64,000 nucleotides of DNA, taken from NCBI GenBank assembly GCA_049840735.1, contig JASGJN010000020.1:640001-704000 (forward strand), written 5' to 3'. The DNA is from Anaeromyxobacter sp. (GTDB taxonomy: Bacteria > Myxococcota > Myxococcia > Myxococcales > Anaeromyxobacteraceae). The notes beneath the pieces were generated by a model. The model was not told the DNA's origin. It saw only the letters and a program-made list of their open reading frames with translations, and did no database searches. This document shows, one piece after another, positions 20,788-28,481 of this stretch. Numbering within the stretch: the first letter of the stretch is position 1; the number at the start of each line of letters is the position of its first letter. The translations under genes were made by a program, and so were the position numbers.

Positions 20788-20836
20788 GGCCCCCGGGTGG
20801 TTGCCGGTGCATCCCGCCCCTGCTAGGGTCGCGCCG

Positions 20837-20863
20837 GTCGCACGTTCTGGTGATGCGTGCTAC
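20837..20863. promoter_or_regulatory. Candidate NikR-like operator
   Basis: GTCGCAC-N13-GTGCTAC dyad (6/7 symmetric) 10 bp before the first gene of a Ni/Co uptake operon. Confidence 0.4.
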
Positions 20864-20873
20864 TGCGGACGCC

Positions 20874-21570
20874 ATGCCCAAGCTGCTGGCCCTCACTGCC
20901 CTGCTGGCCACCCCCGCCCTCACCCTGGCGCACGACCTCTGGGTCGAGCCCGCACGGGGTGGGACGGGCTTCGCCGTGCGCTACGGTCACCTCGGCGGCG
21001 AGGTGCTGCGCCTCGACCCGGCCACCGTCACGTCGATCCGCTGCTTCGATCCCTCCGGGAAGGCCCACGAGCTGCGCCCGCAGGCGCGGGTCCTCCCGGA
21101 CGCCCTGCAGGTGGACGCGAGCTGCGCCGCGGTGACCGTGGTGCAGGACGGCGGGACCTGGTCGCTCACGCCCGACGGCGAGGTGAACCTGCCCAGGCGC
21201 CAGGCGAAGCAGGCGGTCCGCGCCTGGACCTCCCGGCAGCACGCGAAGTGGGTGGACGCCCAGGGTCCCCTCGCCGGCGCGGCGCTGGGCGAGGAGCTCG
21301 AGCTGGTGGCGGTGACCGGGCTCTCCAGGGTGCGCGCGGGGGACAAGGTGACGGTGAGGTTGATCGCGCGAGGCCAGCCGGTGCCAGGCGCGGTCGTCGC
21401 CGTGGACCACAAGGCGCTCGGCGGAGACCGACTCGAGGGGAGAGGCGCGCGTCAAGGTCCGCGGCGCCGGGCTCGGGTCGATCAGCGTGGCGCTGAAGCG
21501 CCCCCTGGCCTCGCCCGACGCAGACGCGGAGGTGCTGGAGGCGAGCCTCACCTTCGAGGTGGCGCGGTGA
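20874..21570 (+). CDS. DUF4198-like periplasmic Ni/Co uptake protein; frameshift near 21423
   Basis: Signal peptide then AHDLWV...YGH; removing one G restores GETDSRGEARV...ASLTFEVAR* ending at 21570. Confidence 0.75.
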
Positions 21571-22016
21571 GCGGCTCGGCTCGGGCGGCGCTGGCCGCGA
21601 TCGGGCTCCTGGCCGCCGGTCCGGCCCTCGCCCATGAGGTGCTGCACACCGTCGAGCGCGGCCGCGCCCTGGCCGTGCACGTGGTCTACGCCGACGGCGA
21701 GCCGCTGGCCTATGCCGCGTACGAGCTCTACTCGCCAGCCGACCCGAACGTTCCCCATCAGAAGGGACGGACGGACCGGAGCGGCTGGGTCGCGTTCGTC
21801 CCCGACGTCGCCGGGAGCTGGCGGCTCAAGGTGACCGACGCCACCGGCCATGGCCTGGACGTGCAGCTCGACGCCGGCGCGCCCACGCCCGAGGCCGGAG
21901 GGCCGCCGGGCGGAGCCGCCGCCTTCGTGCTCCGTCCGCTGCTGGGGATCGCCGCCATCTTGGCCGTCTTCGGCCTGCTGATCTTCTTCCACCGACGCCG
22001 GAGCGCCCGCGCATGA
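21567..22016 (+). CDS. CbiL/NikL-like accessory metal-uptake protein
   Basis: GTG overlap; ALAH, YADGEP, GRTD..G...F.PD, DATGHG, C-terminal TM. Confidence 0.7.
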   Translation: MSGSARAALAAIGLLAAGPALAHEVLHTVERGRALAVHVVYADGEPLAYAAYELYSPADPNVPHQKGRTDRSGWVAFVPDVAGSWRLKVTDATGHGLDVQLDAGAPTPEAGGPPGGAAAFVLRPLLGIAAILAVFGLLIFFHRRRSARA

Positions 22017-23011
22017 GCCGAATCCGTGTCCTCGCCCTCTTCCTGATGCTGGCGGGGCCAGCGGCCGCCCGCGCCCACCACGGCGTGGCCGCCGTCGGCG
22101 TGGGGGGGCCGGAGGGTCCCGGGGCGGCGCTCGAGACTTCCTCGCCCTTGCCGCTCGCCCAGCGGACCCTCTTCGCGATGATCAAGTCGGAGGCGGTGCC
22201 CTTCCAGCAGCGCGCCGTGGCCGACCCGGAAAACAAGACCTTCTCGCTCTTCGACACGCTGGGCGTGGGCTACGGGATCCTGCCCTGGCTCTCCGCCTAC
22301 GCCTTCATCCCCTACAACGTGAAGTCCGCCGACACCCTCGGGACCAATGCCGGCTTCGGCAATCCGAACCTGATGCTCGCCGCCGGGCTGAAGTGGGACG
22401 AGGGGCTGCGGCCCGTGCCGGAGAAGGAGAGCCTCGACGAGCTGATGGACTGGCACTTCGGGGCCTGGGTGTCCGGCACCCTCCCGCTCGGCCCCACCAC
22501 GGCGCGCGACGACCTGGGCGGCTACTTTGCCCCGGACATGCAGACCGGCTTCGGCGAGCCCAGCCTGGGCGCGGGGCTCTCGATCATGAAGCAGGTCTCC
22601 GAGCCGCTGACCTGGCTGGCGGAGGTCAGCCACCAGCGCTTCCTGGCGCACACCTACCCGTTCACCCGCTACCGGTTCGGCGCCGAGACCCGCGCCAACA
22701 CCGCGCTGGTCTGGCGCGTCCACGGGTCCGGCGCCTTCCGGCTGGATCTGTGCGGCGAGCTGAACGGCCTGCACCTGGAGCGCGACCGCGAGCAGGACGG
22801 GACCGGCGCCATGGTCCCGCTGCAGGCCTCTGGCGGCGACATCCTCTACGCGGGCGGCGGCCTGCGCGCGACCTGGGGCACGGTGAGCCTGGGCCTGGGC
22901 GTGCGCCGCGCGGCCTGGAAGGACCTGAACGAGGAGTCCGAGCAGCAGGGTTCGGAGGGGCTCGAGCTCCTCCGCGCCGCGCTCACGCTCGGCTGGTCCA
23001 CGCGGCTCTAG
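22013..23011 (+). CDS. Putative outer-membrane beta-barrel channel
   Basis: Signal peptide, mature N-terminus His-His (AHHG), alternating beta-strand pattern, MQTGFG. Confidence 0.65.
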   Translation: MSRIRVLALFLMLAGPAAARAHHGVAAVGVGGPEGPGAALETSSPLPLAQRTLFAMIKSEAVPFQQRAVADPENKTFSLFDTLGVGYGILPWLSAYAFIPYNVKSADTLGTNAGFGNPNLMLAAGLKWDEGLRPVPEKESLDELMDWHFGAWVSGTLPLGPTTARDDLGGYFAPDMQTGFGEPSLGAGLSIMKQVSEPLTWLAEVSHQRFLAHTYPFTRYRFGAETRANTALVWRVHGSGAFRLDLCGELNGLHLERDREQDGTGAMVPLQASGGDILYAGGGLRATWGTVSLGLGVRRAAWKDLNEESEQQGSEGLELLRAALTLGWSTRL

Positions 23012-23012
23012 C

Positions 23013-23651
23013 ATGCACGTCCCCGACGGCTTCCTCTCCCCGCTCCTCACCGTCCCGGCCTACGCCGTCTCGGCGCCGCTCTGGGCCTGGGGCGCCCGGC
23101 GGCACTTCGGGCGGGACGCGGCCGAGGCGCTGCCGGCGCTGGGCTCGCTCACCGCCCTGGCCTTCGTCATCCAGACCATCCTGATCCCGCTGCCCGGCGG
23201 CACCTCCACCCACCTGGTGGGCGTCACGCTGCTGGCCATGCTCCACGGGCCGCTGGCCGCCTTCGTGTGCGAGTCGCTGGTGCTGCTGGTGCAGGCGCTC
23301 TTCTTTGGCGCCGGCGGCGTCACCGTGCTGGGCGTGAACGCGCTGGCCATGGGGCTGCTGGGGCCGCTGGCCGGCTGGCTCTGCTGGCGGGCGCTGCGGC
23401 GGTTGGCTCCGCGCGCGGCCGCCTTCGCCGCCGCCTGGCTCTCGCTCCAGGTCTCGACCGCCGCGGTGGTCGGGGTGCTGGCGCTGCAGCACGCGCTCTC
23501 GCCCTCCCTGCAGCCGGTCTCGCCGGCGGTGATGGCCCCGGCCATGCTCCTGCCCAGCCTGGCCGTGACCGGCGTGCTGGAGGGGCTCTACACGCTCTTC
23601 GCCCTCTCCGTCCTGCGAAAGGCCCGGCTTCGTGGCGTCCCGCTCGACTGA
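23013..23651 (+). CDS. cbiM: ECF-type Co/Ni transporter substrate component
   Basis: MHVPDGFL N-terminus; GGTSTHLVG, LVQALFFG.GG...LG.N. Confidence 0.9.
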   Translation: MHVPDGFLSPLLTVPAYAVSAPLWAWGARRHFGRDAAEALPALGSLTALAFVIQTILIPLPGGTSTHLVGVTLLAMLHGPLAAFVCESLVLLVQALFFGAGGVTVLGVNALAMGLLGPLAGWLCWRALRRLAPRAAAFAAAWLSLQVSTAAVVGVLALQHALSPSLQPVSPAVMAPAMLLPSLAVTGVLEGLYTLFALSVLRKARLRGVPLD

Positions 23652-24204
23652 CCCGCGCCGCGATCGCGCCCTGCTGGCCGCCGCCGCGCTGGCGGCCTTC
23701 GCGCTCTCGGCGGTGACCGACCTGCGGCTCCTGGGGGCCGCCGCGGCGCTGCTGGCGCTCCTCCTCCGCCGCGGCCTCTGGCGCCCGCTGCGCCGCGCGC
23801 TGCGCGCCGCGGTGCCGGTCACCGCCTCCCTCTCCGCCGCCTCCTGGCTGCTCCTCTGGGCGCTGCAGGGCACCCGCCCCGACCCGCGCCCGTACCTGGC
23901 GCTGGCCTCGCGCGCGGCGCTGGTCACCCTGCTCACCTTCGCGGTGCTGGAGCGGGTGGAGCTGCTGCGCGCCGTGGCCCCCTGGCCCGCCGCCTCCCGG
24001 CTGCTGGTGATCACGCTGGCGCAGATCCACGCCCTGCGGCTGCTGGCCACCGACTCGCTGCAGGGGCTGCGCAGCCGGCTGGTGCGCCGCCCGGGGCCGG
24101 CCGACGCGGTCCGCGGCGCCAGCGGCGCCACCGCGGCGCTGCTGGCCCTCTCCACCCGGAACGCGCGCGACGTCGCCGACGCGCTGCGCTCGAGGGGGTT
24201 CTGA
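23632..24204 (+). CDS. ECF transmembrane T component (CbiQ/NikQ-like)
   Basis: Hydrophobic; two xSR motifs (LRSR, LRSRGF); lies between M and O genes. Confidence 0.75.
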   Translation: MASRSTDPRRDRALLAAAALAAFALSAVTDLRLLGAAAALLALLLRRGLWRPLRRALRAAVPVTASLSAASWLLLWALQGTRPDPRPYLALASRAALVTLLTFAVLERVELLRAVAPWPAASRLLVITLAQIHALRLLATDSLQGLRSRLVRRPGPADAVRGASGATAALLALSTRNARDVADALRSRGF

Positions 24205-24983
24205 TGTTCGAGGTCGAGCGGCTCAGCGTGCAGCTCAACGGCCGGCCGGTGCTGGCCGAGGTCTCCTTCTCGGTCGCCGCCGGGGAGCGGCTGGTGCTGC
24301 TGGGCGTGAACGGCTGCGGGAAGACCACGCTGCTCAAGGTGCTGGACGGGCTCCTGCCGCCGGACGGGGGCGCGGTCCGCTACGACGGGCTGCCGGTCAC
24401 GGCGCAGGCGCTGGAGGGAGCCGTCTTCCGCCGGCGCTTCCGGAGCGAGGTGGGCTTCCTCTTCCAGAACGTGGACGCCATGCTCTTCCACCCCACCGTG
24501 GCCGACGAGATCGCCTTCGGCCCGCGCCAGCTGGGGGTGCCGGACGTGGACCAGCGGGTGCTGCGCTGGGCGCGCACCTTCGACGTGGAGCGGTTCCTGG
24601 ACCAGCCGCCGTTCGAGCTCTCCGGGGGAGAGAAGAAGCGCGTGGCGCTGGCGGCGCTGCTGGCGGTGGGGCCGCGCGTGCTGCTGCTGGACGAGCCCAC
24701 CGCGAACCTGGATCCCGCCTCGGCCGCGCGGCTGGTGGACCTGCTGGCCGAGCTGCCGGACCTGACGGTGATCGCCTCCACCCACAACCTCACGGTGGCG
24801 GAGGAGCTGGGCGCGCGGGCGGTGCTGCTGGCCCCGGGCCGGGCCGGCAGCTGCTGGGACGGGCCCACGCACGACCTGCTCCACGACGAGCAGCGGCTGG
24901 TCGAGTCGGGCCTGGCGCACCGCCACGGGCACAGGCACGGCGGCACCGCGCACGCGCACTACCACGTGCACGATCAGGAGTAG
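24204..24983 (+). CDS. cbiO: ECF ATPase with His-rich tail
   Basis: GVNGCGKT, LSGGEKKR, LLDEPT; C-terminus HRHGHRH...HAHYHVH. Confidence 0.9.
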   Translation: MFEVERLSVQLNGRPVLAEVSFSVAAGERLVLLGVNGCGKTTLLKVLDGLLPPDGGAVRYDGLPVTAQALEGAVFRRRFRSEVGFLFQNVDAMLFHPTVADEIAFGPRQLGVPDVDQRVLRWARTFDVERFLDQPPFELSGGEKKRVALAALLAVGPRVLLLDEPTANLDPASAARLVDLLAELPDLTVIASTHNLTVAEELGARAVLLAPGRAGSCWDGPTHDLLHDEQRLVESGLAHRHGHRHGGTAHAHYHVHDQE

Positions 24984-24991
24984 CGGGGGAT

Positions 24992-25045
24992 CCCTGCCCT
25001 TCGACTCCGCGAGCCCTGCGGGCTCGCTACGCTCAGGGCGAACGG
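24992..25045 (+). repeat. REP-like element (same family as the 13.8-15.3 kb array)
   Basis: CCCTGCCC-TTCGACTCC-GCGAGCCC TGC GGGCTCGC-TACGCTCA-GGGC-GAACGG. Confidence 0.85.
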
Positions 25046-25349
25046 GGCTGCGCGTGGCGCCGCTGGTCATCCCCGCCGAGCGGGGCTGCGCGTGGCGCCG
25101 CCGGTCATCCCCGCCGAACGGGGCTGCGCGTGGCGCCGCTGGTCATCCCCGCCGAACGGGGCTGCGCGTGGCGCCGCTGGTCATCCCCGCCGAACGGGGC
25201 TGCGCGTGGCGCCGCTGGTCATCCCCGCCGAACGGGGCTGCGCGTGGCGCCGCTGGTCATCCCCGCCGAGCGGGGCTGCGCGTGGCGCCGCCGGTCATCC
25301 CCGCCGAGCGGGGCTGCGCGTGGCGCCGCCGGTCATCCCCACCGAACGG
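25046..25349. repeat. Tandem repeat, 8 x 38 bp
   Basis: GGCTGCGCGTGGCGCCGC(T/C)GGTCATCCCC(G/A)CCGA(A/G)CGG; GTGGCGCC at 25054, 25092, 25130, 25168, 25206, 25244, 25282, 25320. Confidence 0.95.
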
Positions 25350-25353
25350 CGCG

Positions 25354-25669
25354 CTACCGCTTCTTCGCCCCGCGCCGCGACGTGCTCGAGCGGGTCGCCT
25401 TCTTCCGCCCGCCCGCGGTGCGGGCCGCGGCGGCGGCCGGGCGGCGGCGCGCGCCGGCGGCGGCCTTCCCGCGCGGCGGCAGCGGCACCCCTGAGCGGCG
25501 GGCCTTGGAGAGGCCGATGGCGATGGCCTGCTTGCGCGAGCGGACGCCGTGCTTGCCGCGCTTCACGTGCTCCATCTCCTCCTTCACGAACTCGCCCGCG
25601 GCGGTGGTGGGGCGCTTGCCCTCCGCCAGAATCCTTCCGGGCACGGTCCTTGGTGGTCTTCCAGGGCAT
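25354..25669 (-). CDS. Small basic putative DNA-binding protein (DUF6496-like); frameshift near 25630
   Basis: MPWKTTKDRARKD + LAEGKRPTTAAGEFVKEEMEHVKRGKHGVRSRKQAIAIGLSKARR; Arg/Lys tail. Confidence 0.7.
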
Positions 25670-25720
25670 GTGGCCTCCGCCGCAAGCCTGGGCATGCCGT
25701 CGCCCGGGTGCACGCCGCGG

Positions 25721-26419
25721 TCAGCGGTGGCCCGGGCGATACCCTGCGAAGACGGCGAAGTGGTGCCAGGCGTAGTAGCACCCGACCCGCTCCAGCCCGG
25801 CCTCGCGCAGCCAGTCCAGCTGGGGCGCCAGCGGCGCCAGCACATCCACGCGCGTCCGCTCCAGCGCGGCGCCCAGCTCCTGCTCGCCGGAACCGGTGGC
25901 GCGGATGGCGTCGATCCAGGCCTGGCGGTGGAGCGCCTGGACGGCCGGATCCTCGGCCTGCACGTTGTCGGCGTTGACCAGCGCGCCGCCCGGCGCCAGC
26001 GCCGCCCCCGCGGCCGCGTAGAGCGCGCGCTTCTCGGCGTCCTGCAGGTGGTGGATGGAGAGGGCCGACACGATCGCGTCCCAGGGCCCCCCCAGCGGCG
26101 CGGTGCGGTAGTCCGCCACCCTGAAGCCGATCCGCTCGCCCCCCGCCGCGAGACGCTGGCGCGCCCGGGCCAGCATGGCCTCCGAGGCGTCGAGCAGCTC
26201 CACCCGCGCGTTCGGGAAGCGGCGCGCGACCGCCTCGGCCAGGAGCCCGGTGCCCGCACCCACGTCCAGGACCCGCAGCGGGGCCTCGCGGTCGAAGCGG
26301 AGCAGGTCCACCGCCATCCCGTAGAAGCCGTCGAAGCACGGGATGAGCTGGCGGCGGAGCTGGTCGTAGCCGTCCGCCGCCGCCTCGAAGACCTGCGCCG
26401 CCTCGGTGTGTGCCGCCAT
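25721..26419 (-). CDS. Class I SAM-dependent methyltransferase
   Basis: VLDVGAGTG, LLDASEAML, IVSALSIHHL, LAPGG. Confidence 0.9.
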   Translation of the reverse strand: MAAHTEAAQVFEAAADGYDQLRRQLIPCFDGFYGMAVDLLRFDREAPLRVLDVGAGTGLLAEAVARRFPNARVELLDASEAMLARARQRLAAGGERIGFRVADYRTAPLGGPWDAIVSALSIHHLQDAEKRALYAAAGAALAPGGALVNADNVQAEDPAVQALHRQAWIDAIRATGSGEQELGAALERTRVDVLAPLAPQLDWLREAGLERVGCYYAWHHFAVFAGYRPGHR

Positions 26420-26543
26420 GCGGGCATCCTTGCGGAACGGCACGCCGCCGTCGAGCGACACCGGGCCGCGCCGGGGCGCGCGAGCCTCCCCCCGCAAAGC
26501 GCCGCACCCGCGGGACCCGGGGGATGGGCTAACCTGGGCGGCG

Positions 26544-27218
26544 ATGGACACCACCGCCCTGGCGCTCTCGGCCCGGCTGGCCGCGCTCACCACCGGCCTG
26601 CTGCTGCTGCTCGGACTGCCGCTGGCGGCCTGGCTCGCCACCACCCGCTGCCGCGTGCGCTTCCTGGTCGAGGCGGTGGTGGCGCTGCCGCTGGTGCTCC
26701 CGCCCACCGTGCTCGGCTTCTATCTCCTCGTCGGCATGGGGCCGCGCGCCCCCCTCGGCCGCGCCTTCGCCTGGCTGGCCGGCCATCCCTTCCCCTTCTC
26801 CTTCACCGGGCTCTTGCTGGCCTCGGTCCTCTACAGCCTGCCCTTCGCCGTGCAGCCCTTCACGGCGGCGCTGGCCGGCGTGGACCGACGGCTGGTCGAG
26901 GCGGCCCACACGCTGGGGGCCTCGCGCCTGGGCGCCTTCCTGCGCGTGACCCTGCCGCTGGCCTGGCCCGGCGTCCTGGCCGGCGCGGTGCTGACCTTCG
27001 CGCACACGCTGGGTGAGTTCGGCGTGGTGCTGATGGTGGGCGGGAACATCCCCGGCCAGACCCGGACGCTGGCGGTGGCCATCTTCGACCAGGTCGAGGC
27101 GCTGGACTACGCGGCGGCGCACCGGACCGCCGGGCTGCTGCTGCTCACCTCCTTCGCCGTGCTGGCCCTGGTCTACGCCCTGCAGCGGCGCGCGCTCTCG
27201 TCATGGCCTGGACGCTGA
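26544..27218 (+). CDS. modB: Molybdate ABC permease
   Basis: ALPLVLPPTVLGFYLL, EAAHTLGA, FAHTLGEFGVVLMVGGNIPG. Confidence 0.92.
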   Translation: MDTTALALSARLAALTTGLLLLLGLPLAAWLATTRCRVRFLVEAVVALPLVLPPTVLGFYLLVGMGPRAPLGRAFAWLAGHPFPFSFTGLLLASVLYSLPFAVQPFTAALAGVDRRLVEAAHTLGASRLGAFLRVTLPLAWPGVLAGAVLTFAHTLGEFGVVLMVGGNIPGQTRTLAVAIFDQVEALDYAAAHRTAGLLLLTSFAVLALVYALQRRALSSWPGR

Positions 27219-28297
27219 GCCTGGACCTGGTCCGCCGCTTCCCGCGCGGCCCCACCGTCACGGCCCGCGCCAGCTGGCCGCTGGGCGGCGCGCCGGTGAC
27301 GGTGCTGTTCGGCCCCTCCGGCTCGGGCAAGACCACCGTGCTGCGCGCCCTGGCCGGCCTCGACCGGCCGGACGAGGGGCAGATCTCCTTCGAGGGCGAG
27401 GCCTGGTTCGACGCGCGGCGCCGGCTCTTCGTGCCGCCGCAGCGCCGGCGCGTGGGCGTCCTCTTCCAGGAGTACGCGCTCTTCCCGCACCTGAGCGTGG
27501 CGGCCAACGTGGCCTTCGGGCTGCGGGCGCTCCCGCGCGCCGCGCAGCGGGCGCGGGTGGCCGAGCTGGCCGGGTGGCTGGGGCTCACGCCGCTGCTGGC
27601 GCGCCGGCCCGCCGAGCTCTCCGGCGGCCAGCGGCAGCGGGTGGCCCTGGCGCGCGCGCTGGCCCCGCGGCCGCGGCTGCTGCTGCTGGACGAGCCGCTC
27701 TCGGCGCTCGACGCCCCCACGCGCGAGGCGCTGCGCGGCGAGCTCCGCCACCTGCTCGAGTCGGCCGGCGTGCCCGCGGTGGTGGTGACCCACGACCGCG
27801 TCGAGGCGCTGGCGCTGGGCGACCGGCTGGTGGTGCTGGCCGGGGGGGGCGTGCGGCAGATCGGGCCGGTGCACGAGGTCTTCTCCGCCCCCGCCGACGC
27901 CGAGGTGGCGCGGGTGGTGGGGACGGAGAACGTGCTGCCCGCCCGCCTGGAGCGGCGCGAGGACGGCCTGGTGCGGGTGCGCGCCGGCGGCGCCGAGCTG
28001 GTGGCGGTGGATCCGGGCGGGCTCGAGGCCGAGGCCTACGCCTGCGTGCGGGCGGAGGACGTGGTGGTCGAGCCGGAGGAGGCGGTGCACCTCAGCTCGG
28101 CGCAGAACCAGCTCCGCGGCAGGGTGGTCGCGCGCCGGGAGGAGGGGCCGCTGGTCCGGCTCACGCTCGACTGCGGCGTGACGCTGGTGGCGCTGGTGAC
28201 GCGCCAGAGCGCCGAGCGGCTCGGCCTCGATCCCGGGCGCGCCGTGTGCGCCGTCGTCAAGGCCCCCAACGTGCGCCTGGTGACGCGCTGCGACTGA
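27203..28297 (+). CDS. modC: Molybdate ABC ATPase with TOBE/Mop domain
   Basis: GPSGSGKT, LSGGQRQR, LLDEP; C-terminal SAQNQLRG...VKA. Confidence 0.9.
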   Translation: MAWTLSLDLVRRFPRGPTVTARASWPLGGAPVTVLFGPSGSGKTTVLRALAGLDRPDEGQISFEGEAWFDARRRLFVPPQRRRVGVLFQEYALFPHLSVAANVAFGLRALPRAAQRARVAELAGWLGLTPLLARRPAELSGGQRQRVALARALAPRPRLLLLDEPLSALDAPTREALRGELRHLLESAGVPAVVVTHDRVEALALGDRLVVLAGGGVRQIGPVHEVFSAPADAEVARVVGTENVLPARLERREDGLVRVRAGGAELVAVDPGGLEAEAYACVRAEDVVVEPEEAVHLSSAQNQLRGRVVARREEGPLVRLTLDCGVTLVALVTRQSAERLGLDPGRAVCAVVKAPNVRLVTRCD

Positions 28298-28481
28298 GCG
28301 GCGCCGCCGTGGACGTTCACCCCACCGGCTTCGGGATCCGTGCGTCGCGTACCGCCCTTCGAGGACGCGCGCCCGGGCCCTGGGCACCTGCTGCGCTTCC
28401 TGGCGCGCCGGCGCGGGTGCGCCCGGCGCGCACCTCGCGCCTGCGGGTTGCCGCGGCTCGCGGCCTCTGGTACGCGGGGAC

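Noticed and set aside
20475..22016. 513-aa KdpE-DUF4198-CbiL fusion ORF
   Set aside because: Internal signal peptides and starts at 20874 and 21567; the read-through comes from a remnant plus a 1-bp indel
25046..25349. 38-bp array as CRISPR or coding repeat
   Set aside because: Units abut with no spacers; 38 is not a multiple of 3
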